Shown piece by piece: positions 26,096 through 35,385 of a stretch of DNA of 41,027 nucleotides. The notes below the pieces were generated by a model. The model searched no databases and was not told the origin of the DNA. It was given only the letters and a program-made list of their open reading frames with translations. A program made the translations under genes and the position numbers. Origin of the DNA: an uncultured Ruminococcus sp. (lineage in GTDB: Bacteria; Bacillota; Clostridia; Oscillospirales; CAG-382); contig CAZVSW010000001.1 in assembly GCA_964630005.1 (NCBI GenBank), positions 1-41,027 on the forward strand. Reading direction: 5' to 3'. The first letter of the stretch is position 1. Each line of letters opens with the position of its first letter.

Positions 26096-26968
26096 TTGGA
26101 TAAAATATCACATTATTTTTACGTAATTACCAATCAGCTGAGCACCATTGGCTTCGCCGATGTGGTCGACATCATCATCGTGGCGTTTCTTTTGTACTAT
26201 ACCTTCAAGTTCATGCGCGACAGAAGGGCCGGCAAGCTTGCGCTCGGTATCGTGCTTCTGCTTCTTATGCTCTTTGTCAGCGACATCTTCAAAATGCGCG
26301 CAACATATTTCATTCTGGAAAGCATTATAAGCGTCGGACTTGTCGCACTGCTTATCGTGTTCCAGCCCGAGCTCAGAAGTATGCTTGAAAAAATGGGCGG
26401 CGAATCCGTGAAAAGCTTCAGAGGCAGGCTCGATAAGAGCAGCGCCGAAAAATACCGTCAGGTAATTTCGGAAATATGCGTTGCGGCAGAAGACCTTTCA
26501 AAGACAAAGACCGGCGCGCTTATCGTCATTGAGCGTTCCACAAAGCTCGGCGACGTTATAAAGACCGGCACGGTTCTTGACGCACAGGTCTCGTCCTTCC
26601 TTCTCGGCAACATATTTTTCAATAAAGCGCCGCTCCATGACGGTGCGGTCGTGGTACGCAACCAGCGCGTCTATGCGGCGGGCTGTTTCCTCCCTCTTTC
26701 CGCAAATCCCGACATCATCAAGGATCTCGGAACACGCCACCGCGCGGGCATAGGTATGAGCGAAAACAGCGACGCAGTGGTGATTATTGTAAGCGAAGAG
26801 ACGGGCGTTATCTCCGTCGCTACCGACGGCGAGCTCAGACGCGACCTTACCGCAAAAACACTTGAAGAGTATATAACTCCCATGCTGGTAATCGAACAGA
26901 AGGAGGGCGTGAAAGAACGCCTTTTCGGAAAAAAGGACGAGGAGGACGATCATGGCGAAAACGGATGA
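26096..26968 (+). CDS. cdaA: Diadenylate cyclase CdaA (c-di-AMP synthase)
   Basis: The 290-aa ORF has a TTG start preceded by GAGGGGGAG. It has three N-terminal TM helices and a DAC domain with GALIVIE, HDGAVV and GTRHRAGIG.SE.SDA motifs. Confidence 0.9.
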   Translation: MDKISHYFYVITNQLSTIGFADVVDIIIVAFLLYYTFKFMRDRRAGKLALGIVLLLLMLFVSDIFKMRATYFILESIISVGLVALLIVFQPELRSMLEKMGGESVKSFRGRLDKSSAEKYRQVISEICVAAEDLSKTKTGALIVIERSTKLGDVIKTGTVLDAQVSSFLLGNIFFNKAPLHDGAVVVRNQRVYAAGCFLPLSANPDIIKDLGTRHRAGIGMSENSDAVVIIVSEETGVISVATDGELRRDLTAKTLEEYITPMLVIEQKEGVKERLFGKKDEEDDHGENG

Positions 26969-28211
26969 CAGATCTAAAAACAAGCACACGGGTTCAAGAC
27001 TTTACAGCTTTTCCGTAATGATCATCTCGCTCCTCGGCGCACTGCTTTTGTGGTTTTATGTTCTCGGCTATGACAGTCCCGATTTTGAAAAGAAATTCTC
27101 GCAGATACCGGTAACTGTCATAGGCAACGATGAACTGACCGAAAAAACAGGTTATACCGTAATAAGCGATATGAGCTTTTCGTTCGACGTGACCGTTTCC
27201 GGCAAGAAGACCGACGTAAACTCCATGAGAGAGTCGGATATCACCGCATATGTCGATGTATCCGGCGTAACTTCCGAAGGCGGCATATACCTGCCGGTAA
27301 ACGTTATTGTGCCGAACGGCATCACCGTTAAGGGTCAAAGTGTCAGCAGAGCATATCTGTTTATTGACGAGATGGTCACAGCCGAAATTCCGGTCAGGGT
27401 GGAGATAAGCGACTACAGCCTTCCTGCCGATGCGGAGATCGGCGATTACCGCGTGAATCCCCCGACGGTTACGGTTCAGGGCCCGCGTGCGGACATTCAG
27501 AAGATCACAGAGGCATACGCCCGTATCACACCCGGCATTATAAGCGGCTCGGTGGTGCTCAACTCTTCTGTTGAGCTGAGGGGCAGCGACGGCGCGGAGA
27601 TTCATCCGAGCGCCTACCTGAGGCAGATCGACAGCTCCGTAAGCGTGACCATTCCCGTATATATGACAAAAGAGCTGCCGGTAAAGGTGCACTTCGTCGG
27701 CGGTCTTTTCGGGGTGGATAGCGCCGTTATCACCGTTTCGGAGGATCGCATACGCGTCAGAGGCAGTGCGTCTGCGCTGGCGTCTGTTGACGAGATCGCC
27801 GTAAATATCGACGAAAGCACGCTGAATACCTATTCCACTCTTTCGAAGAGAATTGTTTTGCCCGACGGTGTGGAAAATATCAGCGGAATAGAGTCTGTTG
27901 AAGTGGGAATTCAGCTCAATCAGATGGGCAGAAGGACCGTTGCGGCAGACAAGACCGTCTTTGAGCTCAGAAACGTACCCGAAGGAGCGGATGTGCAGAT
28001 CATCACTCAGAATCTGAACATCAACTTTGTCGGTCCGATCGATCTGATGCGCTATTTCGATTCAAAGTTCTTCAGGGTCATTGTCGACCTTACCGGTATC
28101 GCAGTGGAAAGCGGCGACAATCTTTTCGTTCCCGTAACTGTCATGTTTACAAGCGAACAGCCCGGCGTTTACGTCAGCGGCGATTACTCGGTCAACATTG
28201 TTGTAAATTAG
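26952..28211 (+). CDS. cdaR: CdaR-like YbbR-domain protein (CdaA regulator)
   Basis: The 419-aa ORF has an N-terminal TM anchor followed by repeated YbbR-like beta modules of about 85 aa each (..V.V...G.....Y.V......P..V.V.G). It overlaps the end of cdaA, which is the canonical cdaA-cdaR arrangement. Confidence 0.8.
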   Translation: MAKTDDRSKNKHTGSRLYSFSVMIISLLGALLLWFYVLGYDSPDFEKKFSQIPVTVIGNDELTEKTGYTVISDMSFSFDVTVSGKKTDVNSMRESDITAYVDVSGVTSEGGIYLPVNVIVPNGITVKGQSVSRAYLFIDEMVTAEIPVRVEISDYSLPADAEIGDYRVNPPTVTVQGPRADIQKITEAYARITPGIISGSVVLNSSVELRGSDGAEIHPSAYLRQIDSSVSVTIPVYMTKELPVKVHFVGGLFGVDSAVITVSEDRIRVRGSASALASVDEIAVNIDESTLNTYSTLSKRIVLPDGVENISGIESVEVGIQLNQMGRRTVAADKTVFELRNVPEGADVQIITQNLNINFVGPIDLMRYFDSKFFRVIVDLTGIAVESGDNLFVPVTVMFTSEQPGVYVSGDYSVNIVVN

Positions 28212-28234
28212 ACTATAATATATTAGAGGTATAT

Positions 28235-30349
28235 ATGTCCATCCTGAATGACGGCTGGCTTGAAGAAAGCACTGATCAGGAAGCCGTTCTGAGGCTGTCC
28301 GCCGAACTTGGAATATCTTCTCTTACGGCGCGTATCCTTGTGTCACGCGGGTACGGAGACCCGGTCTCGGCATATAATTTTCTTAACAATACAACATTAA
28401 AGCTATACGATCCGTTCCTTATGAAGGATATGGACAAAGCGGTATACTATATCAAAAACGCGGTGGCGTCGGGCAAGCGTATCTGCATTTACGGCGATTA
28501 CGATGTGGACGGCGTTACCGCTACCACGCTTTTGTGCACGTACCTGCGCTCGTGCGGCGCACCGTGCAGCTGCTTTATTCCGGAGCGCATCTCCGAAGGC
28601 TATGGTCTGAACATGTCCGCCATAAAGGCTATCGCCCGCCAGTGCGACATGATAATAACGGTCGACACCGGCATCACTGCGGTCGAAGAGGTTGAATACG
28701 CCAGATCGCTTGGGCTTGACGTCGTCATTACAGACCATCACAGCTGTCGCGAGGTACTTCCCGCCGCGCTTGCGGTCGTCAATCCGCACCGCCCCGACGA
28801 TGATTACCCTTATAAACAGCTTGCCGGGGTCGGCGTGGTATTCAAGCTCGTCTGCGCGCTTGACGGCAATCCCGCGCGTGTGCTTGCGGAATATTCCGAT
28901 ATCGCGGCGATAGGTACGGTGGCCGACGTCATGCCGCTCACCGATGAAAACCGCCTTATTGTCAGCGCCGGGCTCAGACAGCTCGGCTGTACCAGGCATA
29001 AGGGGCTGGTGGCGCTTATGAAACGCGCCGGAGTGCTCAGACCCGGCAAGCGCATGACGTCATCGACCATCGGCTTTGCCATTGCGCCCCGTCTTAACGC
29101 CGCCGGAAGAATTTCCAGCGCGACGCTGGCGCTCAAACTGCTTTTGACAGATAACGAAGAATCCGCAGAAGAAATCGCAGATAAACTTTGCGAAATAAAT
29201 AAGCTGCGCCAAAATACCGAACAGGCTGTGACCGCCGACGCTTTGAAACAGATAAGCGAATACCGCAAGGGCACATACGCGTATGTTTTGTCGTCTGATA
29301 GCTGGCATCAGGGCGTTATCGGCGTGGTCGCAAGCAAAATAAGCGAAAAATACCGCACTCCGGCGATATTGCTGTCGTTTAACGGCGATATAGCTCGCGG
29401 CAGCGGCAGAAGCATAAGCGGCTTCAGCCTTATGGACAGCCTTGCAAAATGCAGTGATCTGCTTGTGGAATACGGCGGGCACGAGCTTGCCGCGGGGCTT
29501 ACCATTGAACGGAAAAACCTTGAAGCGTTTAAAAAGCGCTTTGAAGCCATTGCCGAAAAAGAGCTTGCCGGCAAGGATGTGTCAAACGTCGTCAAGCCGG
29601 ATTGCGAAATAAAGTTCGACGAAATTAACGTAAAAAATGCCGCAGAATTGCTTTTGCTCGAGCCGTTCGGTCTGGCGAACCCCGCTCCGGTGTTTGTTCT
29701 TAAAAACGCGGTGATCGAAGATATAATCCCGGTAAGCGACGACAGGCATATCAAACTCCGCGTACGCGACGTCTCGGGCTCGCGCGCGGTGACTTGCATG
29801 TGTTTCGGCATGAGCCACAGCGAATTCCCCTTTTGCCGCGGCGATATGTGCGAGCTGGCATGTACGCTTGAGCTTAACGAATATAACGGCGTTGTAATGC
29901 CGAGCGTGCTGATACGCGACGTCCGCCCGTGCGAGGATGAGCGGAGATCGATACACCGCTCGCGCGGGTACTATGAAAGCCTTTACAGCAGCAGCGCACC
30001 GCTCAGACTGCCGCCGGTGATACTTCCCACGCTTGACGATTTCAGAATCGTTTTCCGCGTGCTTCGCCGCGAGCTCGGAAGCGAGCGAAAGCGCGTTTCG
30101 GTGCGCTATATCAAGCGGCGCGTCGAGCTCACCGAAGGCGAAGAGACCAATCTTTGCGCGCTCAAGATCATTCTCGACGTGCTTATAGAGTTCGGTCTTG
30201 TCGACTGCCTGCGTATACGTTCGAACGACGTGCTGGAGCTTAAGCTCTTGCCCTATTCTCAAAAGATCGACCTCGAACGGTCGGCGATACTTAAAAAAGT
30301 CAAAGATAATATTATAAAAGAAGGTGATTACGGTGACGACACAATATGA
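28235..30349 (+). CDS. recJ: Single-stranded-DNA-specific exonuclease RecJ
   Basis: The 704-aa ORF has the DHH motifs IYGDYDVDGVT, ITVDTG and VITDHH, plus the DHHA1 motif GGHELAAG. Confidence 0.93.
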   Translation: MSILNDGWLEESTDQEAVLRLSAELGISSLTARILVSRGYGDPVSAYNFLNNTTLKLYDPFLMKDMDKAVYYIKNAVASGKRICIYGDYDVDGVTATTLLCTYLRSCGAPCSCFIPERISEGYGLNMSAIKAIARQCDMIITVDTGITAVEEVEYARSLGLDVVITDHHSCREVLPAALAVVNPHRPDDDYPYKQLAGVGVVFKLVCALDGNPARVLAEYSDIAAIGTVADVMPLTDENRLIVSAGLRQLGCTRHKGLVALMKRAGVLRPGKRMTSSTIGFAIAPRLNAAGRISSATLALKLLLTDNEESAEEIADKLCEINKLRQNTEQAVTADALKQISEYRKGTYAYVLSSDSWHQGVIGVVASKISEKYRTPAILLSFNGDIARGSGRSISGFSLMDSLAKCSDLLVEYGGHELAAGLTIERKNLEAFKKRFEAIAEKELAGKDVSNVVKPDCEIKFDEINVKNAAELLLLEPFGLANPAPVFVLKNAVIEDIIPVSDDRHIKLRVRDVSGSRAVTCMCFGMSHSEFPFCRGDMCELACTLELNEYNGVVMPSVLIRDVRPCEDERRSIHRSRGYYESLYSSSAPLRLPPVILPTLDDFRIVFRVLRRELGSERKRVSVRYIKRRVELTEGEETNLCALKIILDVLIEFGLVDCLRIRSNDVLELKLLPYSQKIDLERSAILKKVKDNIIKEGDYGDDTI

Positions 30350-32519
30350 GGAGCTTTACAAACAGCTTGAAAAACAGGGCGGCTATGACCTTGACAAAAT
30401 AAACCGCGCTTATAATATGGCCGAGCGCTGTCACGAGGGGCAGATGAGGATATCGGGCGAACCGTATATCATCCATCCCATCGCGGTGGCAAAGATATGC
30501 ATGGAGCTTCAGCTCGATACCGATTCTCTGTGCGCATCGTTTCTTCATGACACGGTAGAGGACTGCCCGGATATTGCAAATCTTCAGATGATACGCAAAG
30601 CTTTCGGCAACGACGTTGCCGAGATCGTCGACGGCGTTACAAAGCTTAAGATACCGTTTCTTACCAAACAGGACGAATCGATCGAAAACCTGAGAAAAAT
30701 GTTCCTTGCCATGAGCAAGGATCTCCGCGTTATATTTATCAAGCTTGCCGACCGCCTTCACAACATGCGTACGCTTAATTACCGCTCGGCGGAAAAGCAG
30801 CGCTCGGTGGCGCTCGAGACCATGCACGTTTATGCGCCGCTTGCCCACAGGCTTGGTATTCAGCGCATCAAGCAGGAGCTTGAAGAGCTGGCGCTTAAAT
30901 ATCTCGACCCGATCGGATATAACGAGATTCAGAACGATATTGAAAGAAGGGTGGGTCAGAACAGCGTTTTTCTTGAAAAATCAAAGGAAATGGTTGCGGA
31001 ACGCCTTGCGGAATACGGCATTAAATTCACCATGTCGGGTCGCATAAAATCGATCTACAGCATATATAAAAAAATGTATAACCAATCCAAGTCCTTCGAT
31101 GAGATATACGATTTTTACGCAATACGCATCATCGTAGATACCGAGCTGGACTGTTATACGGCTCTCGGCGTTATTCACGAACAGTTCAAGTCCATGCCGG
31201 GACGCTTTAAGGACTATATCTCAACTCCCAAGCCCAACAATTACCGCTCGCTCCACACTACAGTTATCGGCCGCGACGGCATTCCGTTTGAGGTGCAGAT
31301 ACGCACCTGGGAAATGCATCAGGTCGCCGAGTACGGTATCGCCGCGCACTGGAAATATAAGACCGGTGAGCAGGCAAAGGAAATAGTCGATCAGAAGCTC
31401 CACTGGATACGTACGCTCCTTGAAACGGAAAAGGACGCGGACGATATCGACGAATTTTTCAGACCGCTTAAGATCGACCTTTTTGAAGACGAGATCTTTG
31501 TTTTCACCCCCAAGGGCGACGTAATAAGTCTGCCGAAGAGCGCTACGCCCATTGATTTTGCCTATTCGATCCATTCGGCGGTGGGCAACAAGATGATCGG
31601 CGCCAAGGTCAACGGCAACATCGTGCCCATCGACTGTCAGCTCGAAAACGGTCAGATCGTTGAGGTGCTGACTTCCGCCGCATCAAAAGGTCCGAGCCGC
31701 GACTGGATAAAGATAGTGCGTTCGGGCGAGGCGCGCAATAAGATACGCCAGTATTTCAAGCGCGAAATGCGCCCCGAAAACATTGCTTTGGGCAGGCTCG
31801 AGGTCGAACGCGAGCTCAAACGCTACGGCAGGAGCTTTACCGAAGCGCAAAAGGACGAGATCGTCAAAAATATAGCCGAGCGCATGTGCCTGCCGGATGC
31901 GGACGATTTTTATAATAACATCGGTTACGGCGGAATAGCCGTGAGCAAGATCGCCGCCAAGCTCAAGGACGAGTTCGACCGCGTGGTCTCGCCTCACGCT
32001 CCGGAAGCGCCGAAGATAGAAAAAGAGACCGCCCCCGCGCCGCGTACGACCGTTACAAAAGCGCAGTCGGTCGTTATCGACAGCGTGTCGGGCTGTGAGG
32101 TAAAGTTTGCAAAATGCTGTAACCCGCTTCCCGGCGACAGTATCATCGGCTTTATCACCAAGGGCTTCGGCGTGTCGATCCATAAATATGACTGTCCTAA
32201 TGCCCAGAACGGCATGAAAAAACCGCTTGAAAAGGATCGTTGGGTGGTTGCCGGCTGGTCTGAAAAGGCCGAAAAGCAGGACTACGGCGCATTCGAGGCT
32301 GTTCTCAATATCTATTCCGCATATTCTCCCAAGATGATCGCCGACGTTACCGTCTGCCTGAGCGACATGCGCGTGGCGGTAACATCGATACTGACCAAGG
32401 AAAACGGCGCGGATATGATCCTTTCGGTGGGACTGAAGTGCAGCAATATCGACCATCTTAAAAATATTATAAGCGGTCTGAAGCGTCTTAAAAATGTTCG
32501 TGACGTTGCCAGAGTATAG
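30324..32519 (+). CDS. rel: Bifunctional (p)ppGpp synthetase/hydrolase (RelA/SpoT homologue, long RSH)
   Basis: The 731-aa ORF has an HD hydrolase domain (HPIAVA...FLHDTVED), a synthetase domain (YRSLHTTV...EVQIRT), and TGS and ACT domains. The start is ambiguous: GTG 30324 or GTG 30333, the latter preceded by AAGGTGA. It overlaps the end of recJ. Confidence 0.93.
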   Translation: MITVTTQYEELYKQLEKQGGYDLDKINRAYNMAERCHEGQMRISGEPYIIHPIAVAKICMELQLDTDSLCASFLHDTVEDCPDIANLQMIRKAFGNDVAEIVDGVTKLKIPFLTKQDESIENLRKMFLAMSKDLRVIFIKLADRLHNMRTLNYRSAEKQRSVALETMHVYAPLAHRLGIQRIKQELEELALKYLDPIGYNEIQNDIERRVGQNSVFLEKSKEMVAERLAEYGIKFTMSGRIKSIYSIYKKMYNQSKSFDEIYDFYAIRIIVDTELDCYTALGVIHEQFKSMPGRFKDYISTPKPNNYRSLHTTVIGRDGIPFEVQIRTWEMHQVAEYGIAAHWKYKTGEQAKEIVDQKLHWIRTLLETEKDADDIDEFFRPLKIDLFEDEIFVFTPKGDVISLPKSATPIDFAYSIHSAVGNKMIGAKVNGNIVPIDCQLENGQIVEVLTSAASKGPSRDWIKIVRSGEARNKIRQYFKREMRPENIALGRLEVERELKRYGRSFTEAQKDEIVKNIAERMCLPDADDFYNNIGYGGIAVSKIAAKLKDEFDRVVSPHAPEAPKIEKETAPAPRTTVTKAQSVVIDSVSGCEVKFAKCCNPLPGDSIIGFITKGFGVSIHKYDCPNAQNGMKKPLEKDRWVVAGWSEKAEKQDYGAFEAVLNIYSAYSPKMIADVTVCLSDMRVAVTSILTKENGADMILSVGLKCSNIDHLKNIISGLKRLKNVRDVARV

Positions 32520-32528
32520 GGGTTTGAC

Positions 32529-32987
32529 ATGCGTGTATTGTTAAGCAGAGTCGACAGCGCGAGCTGCGAGGTCGACGGCGAGATCATTTCAAAAATCGAA
32601 AAGGGGCTGCTGCTCATCGTTGGCTTCGGCGTGGACGACGACGAAGAGATCGTTAAAAAGCTGGCGGCAAAAATAGGCAAGATACGCGTATTCCCCGACG
32701 AAGACGGCAAAATAAGACGTTCTACTGCGGATGTGGGCGGCGGTGCGCTCGTTATCTCCAATTTCACGCTTTACGGCAGTGTACGCCGTTCATACCGTCC
32801 GGATTTTTCAAAAAGCTGTCCGGGCGACCGTGCAAGAGAGTATTTTGAGCTTTTCAAAAAAGAGCTTTCCGCATATTTTCCCGTTCAGAGCGGTCGCTTT
32901 GCGGCGCATATGCATATTTCGGCTCTGCACGACGGACCGGTCAATCTGATCATAGACAGCGCGGAGCTTTGCGCGGCTGGTAATTAA
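32529..32987 (+). CDS. dtd: D-aminoacyl-tRNA deacylase
   Basis: The 152-aa ORF reads MRVLLSRV...GLLLIVGFG..DD... ...SNFTLYG...G.RP.F and ends with a NDGPV-like motif (HDGPVNLIID). Confidence 0.88.
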   Translation: MRVLLSRVDSASCEVDGEIISKIEKGLLLIVGFGVDDDEEIVKKLAAKIGKIRVFPDEDGKIRRSTADVGGGALVISNFTLYGSVRRSYRPDFSKSCPGDRAREYFELFKKELSAYFPVQSGRFAAHMHISALHDGPVNLIIDSAELCAAGN

Positions 32988-32997
32988 CGGAGAAATT

Positions 32998-34473
32998 ATG
33001 AAACTTACTGTCAATAATAATACCGGACTTTTAAACGACTATCATTTTCAGTCGCTGTGTCTGCTGTACTTCCCCGCCGAGCGGTTCTCTGACGGAGATA
33101 CCTCGGACGTAAAGGCGACGTTTACGCTGAGTGAAAACGAAAACGGTCTCTCGGCCCGCGTCGAGCTTGACACCCCTCACGGCGCAGGAGAGGCTGAGTT
33201 TGACGAAGCAATGATGACCTTTACCGTGCCGACAGACCGCGAGGGCAGGGCGGCCGCCGTTTCGGGCAAGGCGTTTTTAAAGTGCGGAAGCCGCATTTTC
33301 GGCTTTACGCCGCCGTGGGGCTATCTTACCGGATTAAGACCGGTAAAACGCGCCAAATATTACCTTGAACGCGGCTATTCCAACACCCAGGTCATCGATC
33401 TGTTCATGAACGATTACTCCGTCTGCCGTGAAAAGGCAGAGCTTTCGGTCGAAACGGCGCGCCGTGAGCTGGTCATGCTTCGCGGAGTGACGCCCGATAT
33501 GTGCGGCGTTTATGTCTCCGTGCCGTTTTGCCCCACCAGATGCGACTATTGCTCGTTTGTCTCATATGCAAACAAGCGTCTTTTTGATCTGATACCCGCG
33601 TATGTAAAACGCGTTTCGGACGATATCGCAAAAACGGGCAGGCTTATAAAAGAGCTTGGCTTCAAGCCTATTGCGCTTTACATAGGCGGCGGCACTCCCT
33701 CGTTTCTTGAAGAAGAACAGCTGAAGACCATTTTCGGCGCTATAAATGAGAATATCGATCTGTCATATATAAAGGAGTTTTCCTTCGAGGGCGGCAGACC
33801 CGACACTCTTACGCCCGAAAAGCTTTCGCTTATACATTCGTACGGCGTCGACCGCATCAGCGTCAATCCGCAGACGACCAACGAAAGGGCGCTTAAGGCG
33901 ATCGGACGCAGGCACACGACAGAACAGTTCTATGCCGCCGCCGAGCTTGCCATGAAGCAGGGCTTCCGCTCGGTCAATGCCGATCTCATCGCCGGTCTTC
34001 CCGAAGACAGCTTTGACGACTTTGCAAAGAGCATCGAGGACGTAACGTCCCTCGGCTTTGACAATATTACGGTGCATTCGCTCAGCATAAAAAATGCCGC
34101 TGAGCTTAAAAACGACAGCGGCTCTTTTGATCCTGTCGGCGAGCTGGCGCGCAAGTGCGTTAATTATGCGCACGACGAGCTCGAACGCAAGGGGCTCTTC
34201 CCGTATTATCTCTACCGCCAGAAGCGTACCGTCGGCAACGGCGAAAATACCGGGTACGCGGTATCGGGCAAGGAGAATCTGTATAACGTGATGATGATGG
34301 AGGAGTATTCCACCGTATTCGCCTGCGGAGCGGGCGCGATAACCAAGCTGGTCAGCGACACCAAGGACAAGATCGAACGCATCGCCTTTCAGAAATATCC
34401 GTTCGAATACCTTTCGGACGATCACGGCATAGGCGAAGATAAAGCCAGAAAATTCTTTGACGGAGCATTATGA
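32998..34473 (+). CDS. hemZ: HemZ-like radical SAM protein (coproporphyrinogen dehydrogenase family)
   Basis: The 491-aa ORF has the radical SAM cluster motif VPFCPTRCDYCSF and a HemN-like core (IGGGTPS, ISVNPQT). Size and N-terminal extension are typical of HemZ. Confidence 0.75.
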   Translation: MKLTVNNNTGLLNDYHFQSLCLLYFPAERFSDGDTSDVKATFTLSENENGLSARVELDTPHGAGEAEFDEAMMTFTVPTDREGRAAAVSGKAFLKCGSRIFGFTPPWGYLTGLRPVKRAKYYLERGYSNTQVIDLFMNDYSVCREKAELSVETARRELVMLRGVTPDMCGVYVSVPFCPTRCDYCSFVSYANKRLFDLIPAYVKRVSDDIAKTGRLIKELGFKPIALYIGGGTPSFLEEEQLKTIFGAINENIDLSYIKEFSFEGGRPDTLTPEKLSLIHSYGVDRISVNPQTTNERALKAIGRRHTTEQFYAAAELAMKQGFRSVNADLIAGLPEDSFDDFAKSIEDVTSLGFDNITVHSLSIKNAAELKNDSGSFDPVGELARKCVNYAHDELERKGLFPYYLYRQKRTVGNGENTGYAVSGKENLYNVMMMEEYSTVFACGAGAITKLVSDTKDKIERIAFQKYPFEYLSDDHGIGEDKARKFFDGAL

Positions 34474-35315
34474 ATAATATCGAAAACATGATAAAAAGCT
34501 GCGAGCAGCGCTATAACAGCGAGCTGCTTGCCATTGCAGACGATGTTATAAGTAAAGGAAAAATATTTGTTATGGTTACCGGCGCTTCGTGTGCCGGAAA
34601 GACCACTACGACGAAAAAACTGAGGGAATATTTCGCTTTGCGCGGAATACACGCCGAGACGATCTCCCTTGACGACTTTTATCTTGACCACGGGCAGACT
34701 CCGCTTACAGCCGACGGCAAGCCCGATTTTGAAACGATAAACAGCCTCGACCTCGAACTGCTTGACGACATCATGTCAGGTCTTGCCGCAGGCAAAACGG
34801 TCAGAGTGCCGCGTTTTGATTTTGCAATGAAGCGCCGCTCGGATGAATACGAGCTTCTGTCGCTCGACCCCGGCGAGGTGGTCATCATAGAAGGACTCCA
34901 CGCGCTGAATCCGCTGCTTTACCGTCATATAGGCGGCGACAGGGTCTATAAGGTATATCTTTACGCAAAGTCGGAAGACTATGACGTAAAACTGCTCCGA
35001 CGCATCGTGAGGGACGAATACTATCGGTTTTTCGGCGCGGAAACAACGCTCGATATGTGGAACGACGTTCTGCGCGGCGAAAGTCTGTATATAACGCCCT
35101 ACGCCGCCGATGCGGACGCGGCGGTCAACACGTTTTTCGCCTATGAAACCGAGCTTCTCGCGCCTGAGGGCGTAAAACTGCTCTCTGCCGTTGAAAAAAA
35201 CAGCCCCTGCCGCCCGATGGCGGAGGAATTGCTTGAAAAAATATCCGGTTATCGGGGAATTCCGTACGACATGGTTCCCGACGATTCGCTGATGCTGGAA
35301 TTTATCAAAAAGTAG
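34470..35315 (+). CDS. Uridine kinase / phosphoribulokinase-family P-loop nucleoside kinase-like protein
   Basis: The 281-aa ORF has a P-loop VTGASCAGKTTT, then ISLDDFY, PRFDF and IIEGLHALN, which are typical of the Udk/PRK family. Its start forms an ATGA overlap with hemZ. Confidence 0.7.
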   Translation: MNNIENMIKSCEQRYNSELLAIADDVISKGKIFVMVTGASCAGKTTTTKKLREYFALRGIHAETISLDDFYLDHGQTPLTADGKPDFETINSLDLELLDDIMSGLAAGKTVRVPRFDFAMKRRSDEYELLSLDPGEVVIIEGLHALNPLLYRHIGGDRVYKVYLYAKSEDYDVKLLRRIVRDEYYRFFGAETTLDMWNDVLRGESLYITPYAADADAAVNTFFAYETELLAPEGVKLLSAVEKNSPCRPMAEELLEKISGYRGIPYDMVPDDSLMLEFIKK

Positions 35316-35354
35316 GAGCGGCAAGATTCCTATTATATAAATAATTAATGGATT

Positions 35355-35372
35355 CCGAAGCCGCGGCTTCGG
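35355..35372. other. Perfect 18-nt palindrome in the spacer upstream of the flippase gene
   Basis: CCGAAGCCGCGGCTTCGG is self-complementary across its full length, which could form a hairpin of about 7-8 bp or serve as a dyad operator. There is no U-tract on either strand. Confidence 0.5.
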
Positions 35373-35385
35373 AAAATGGTCTGAT

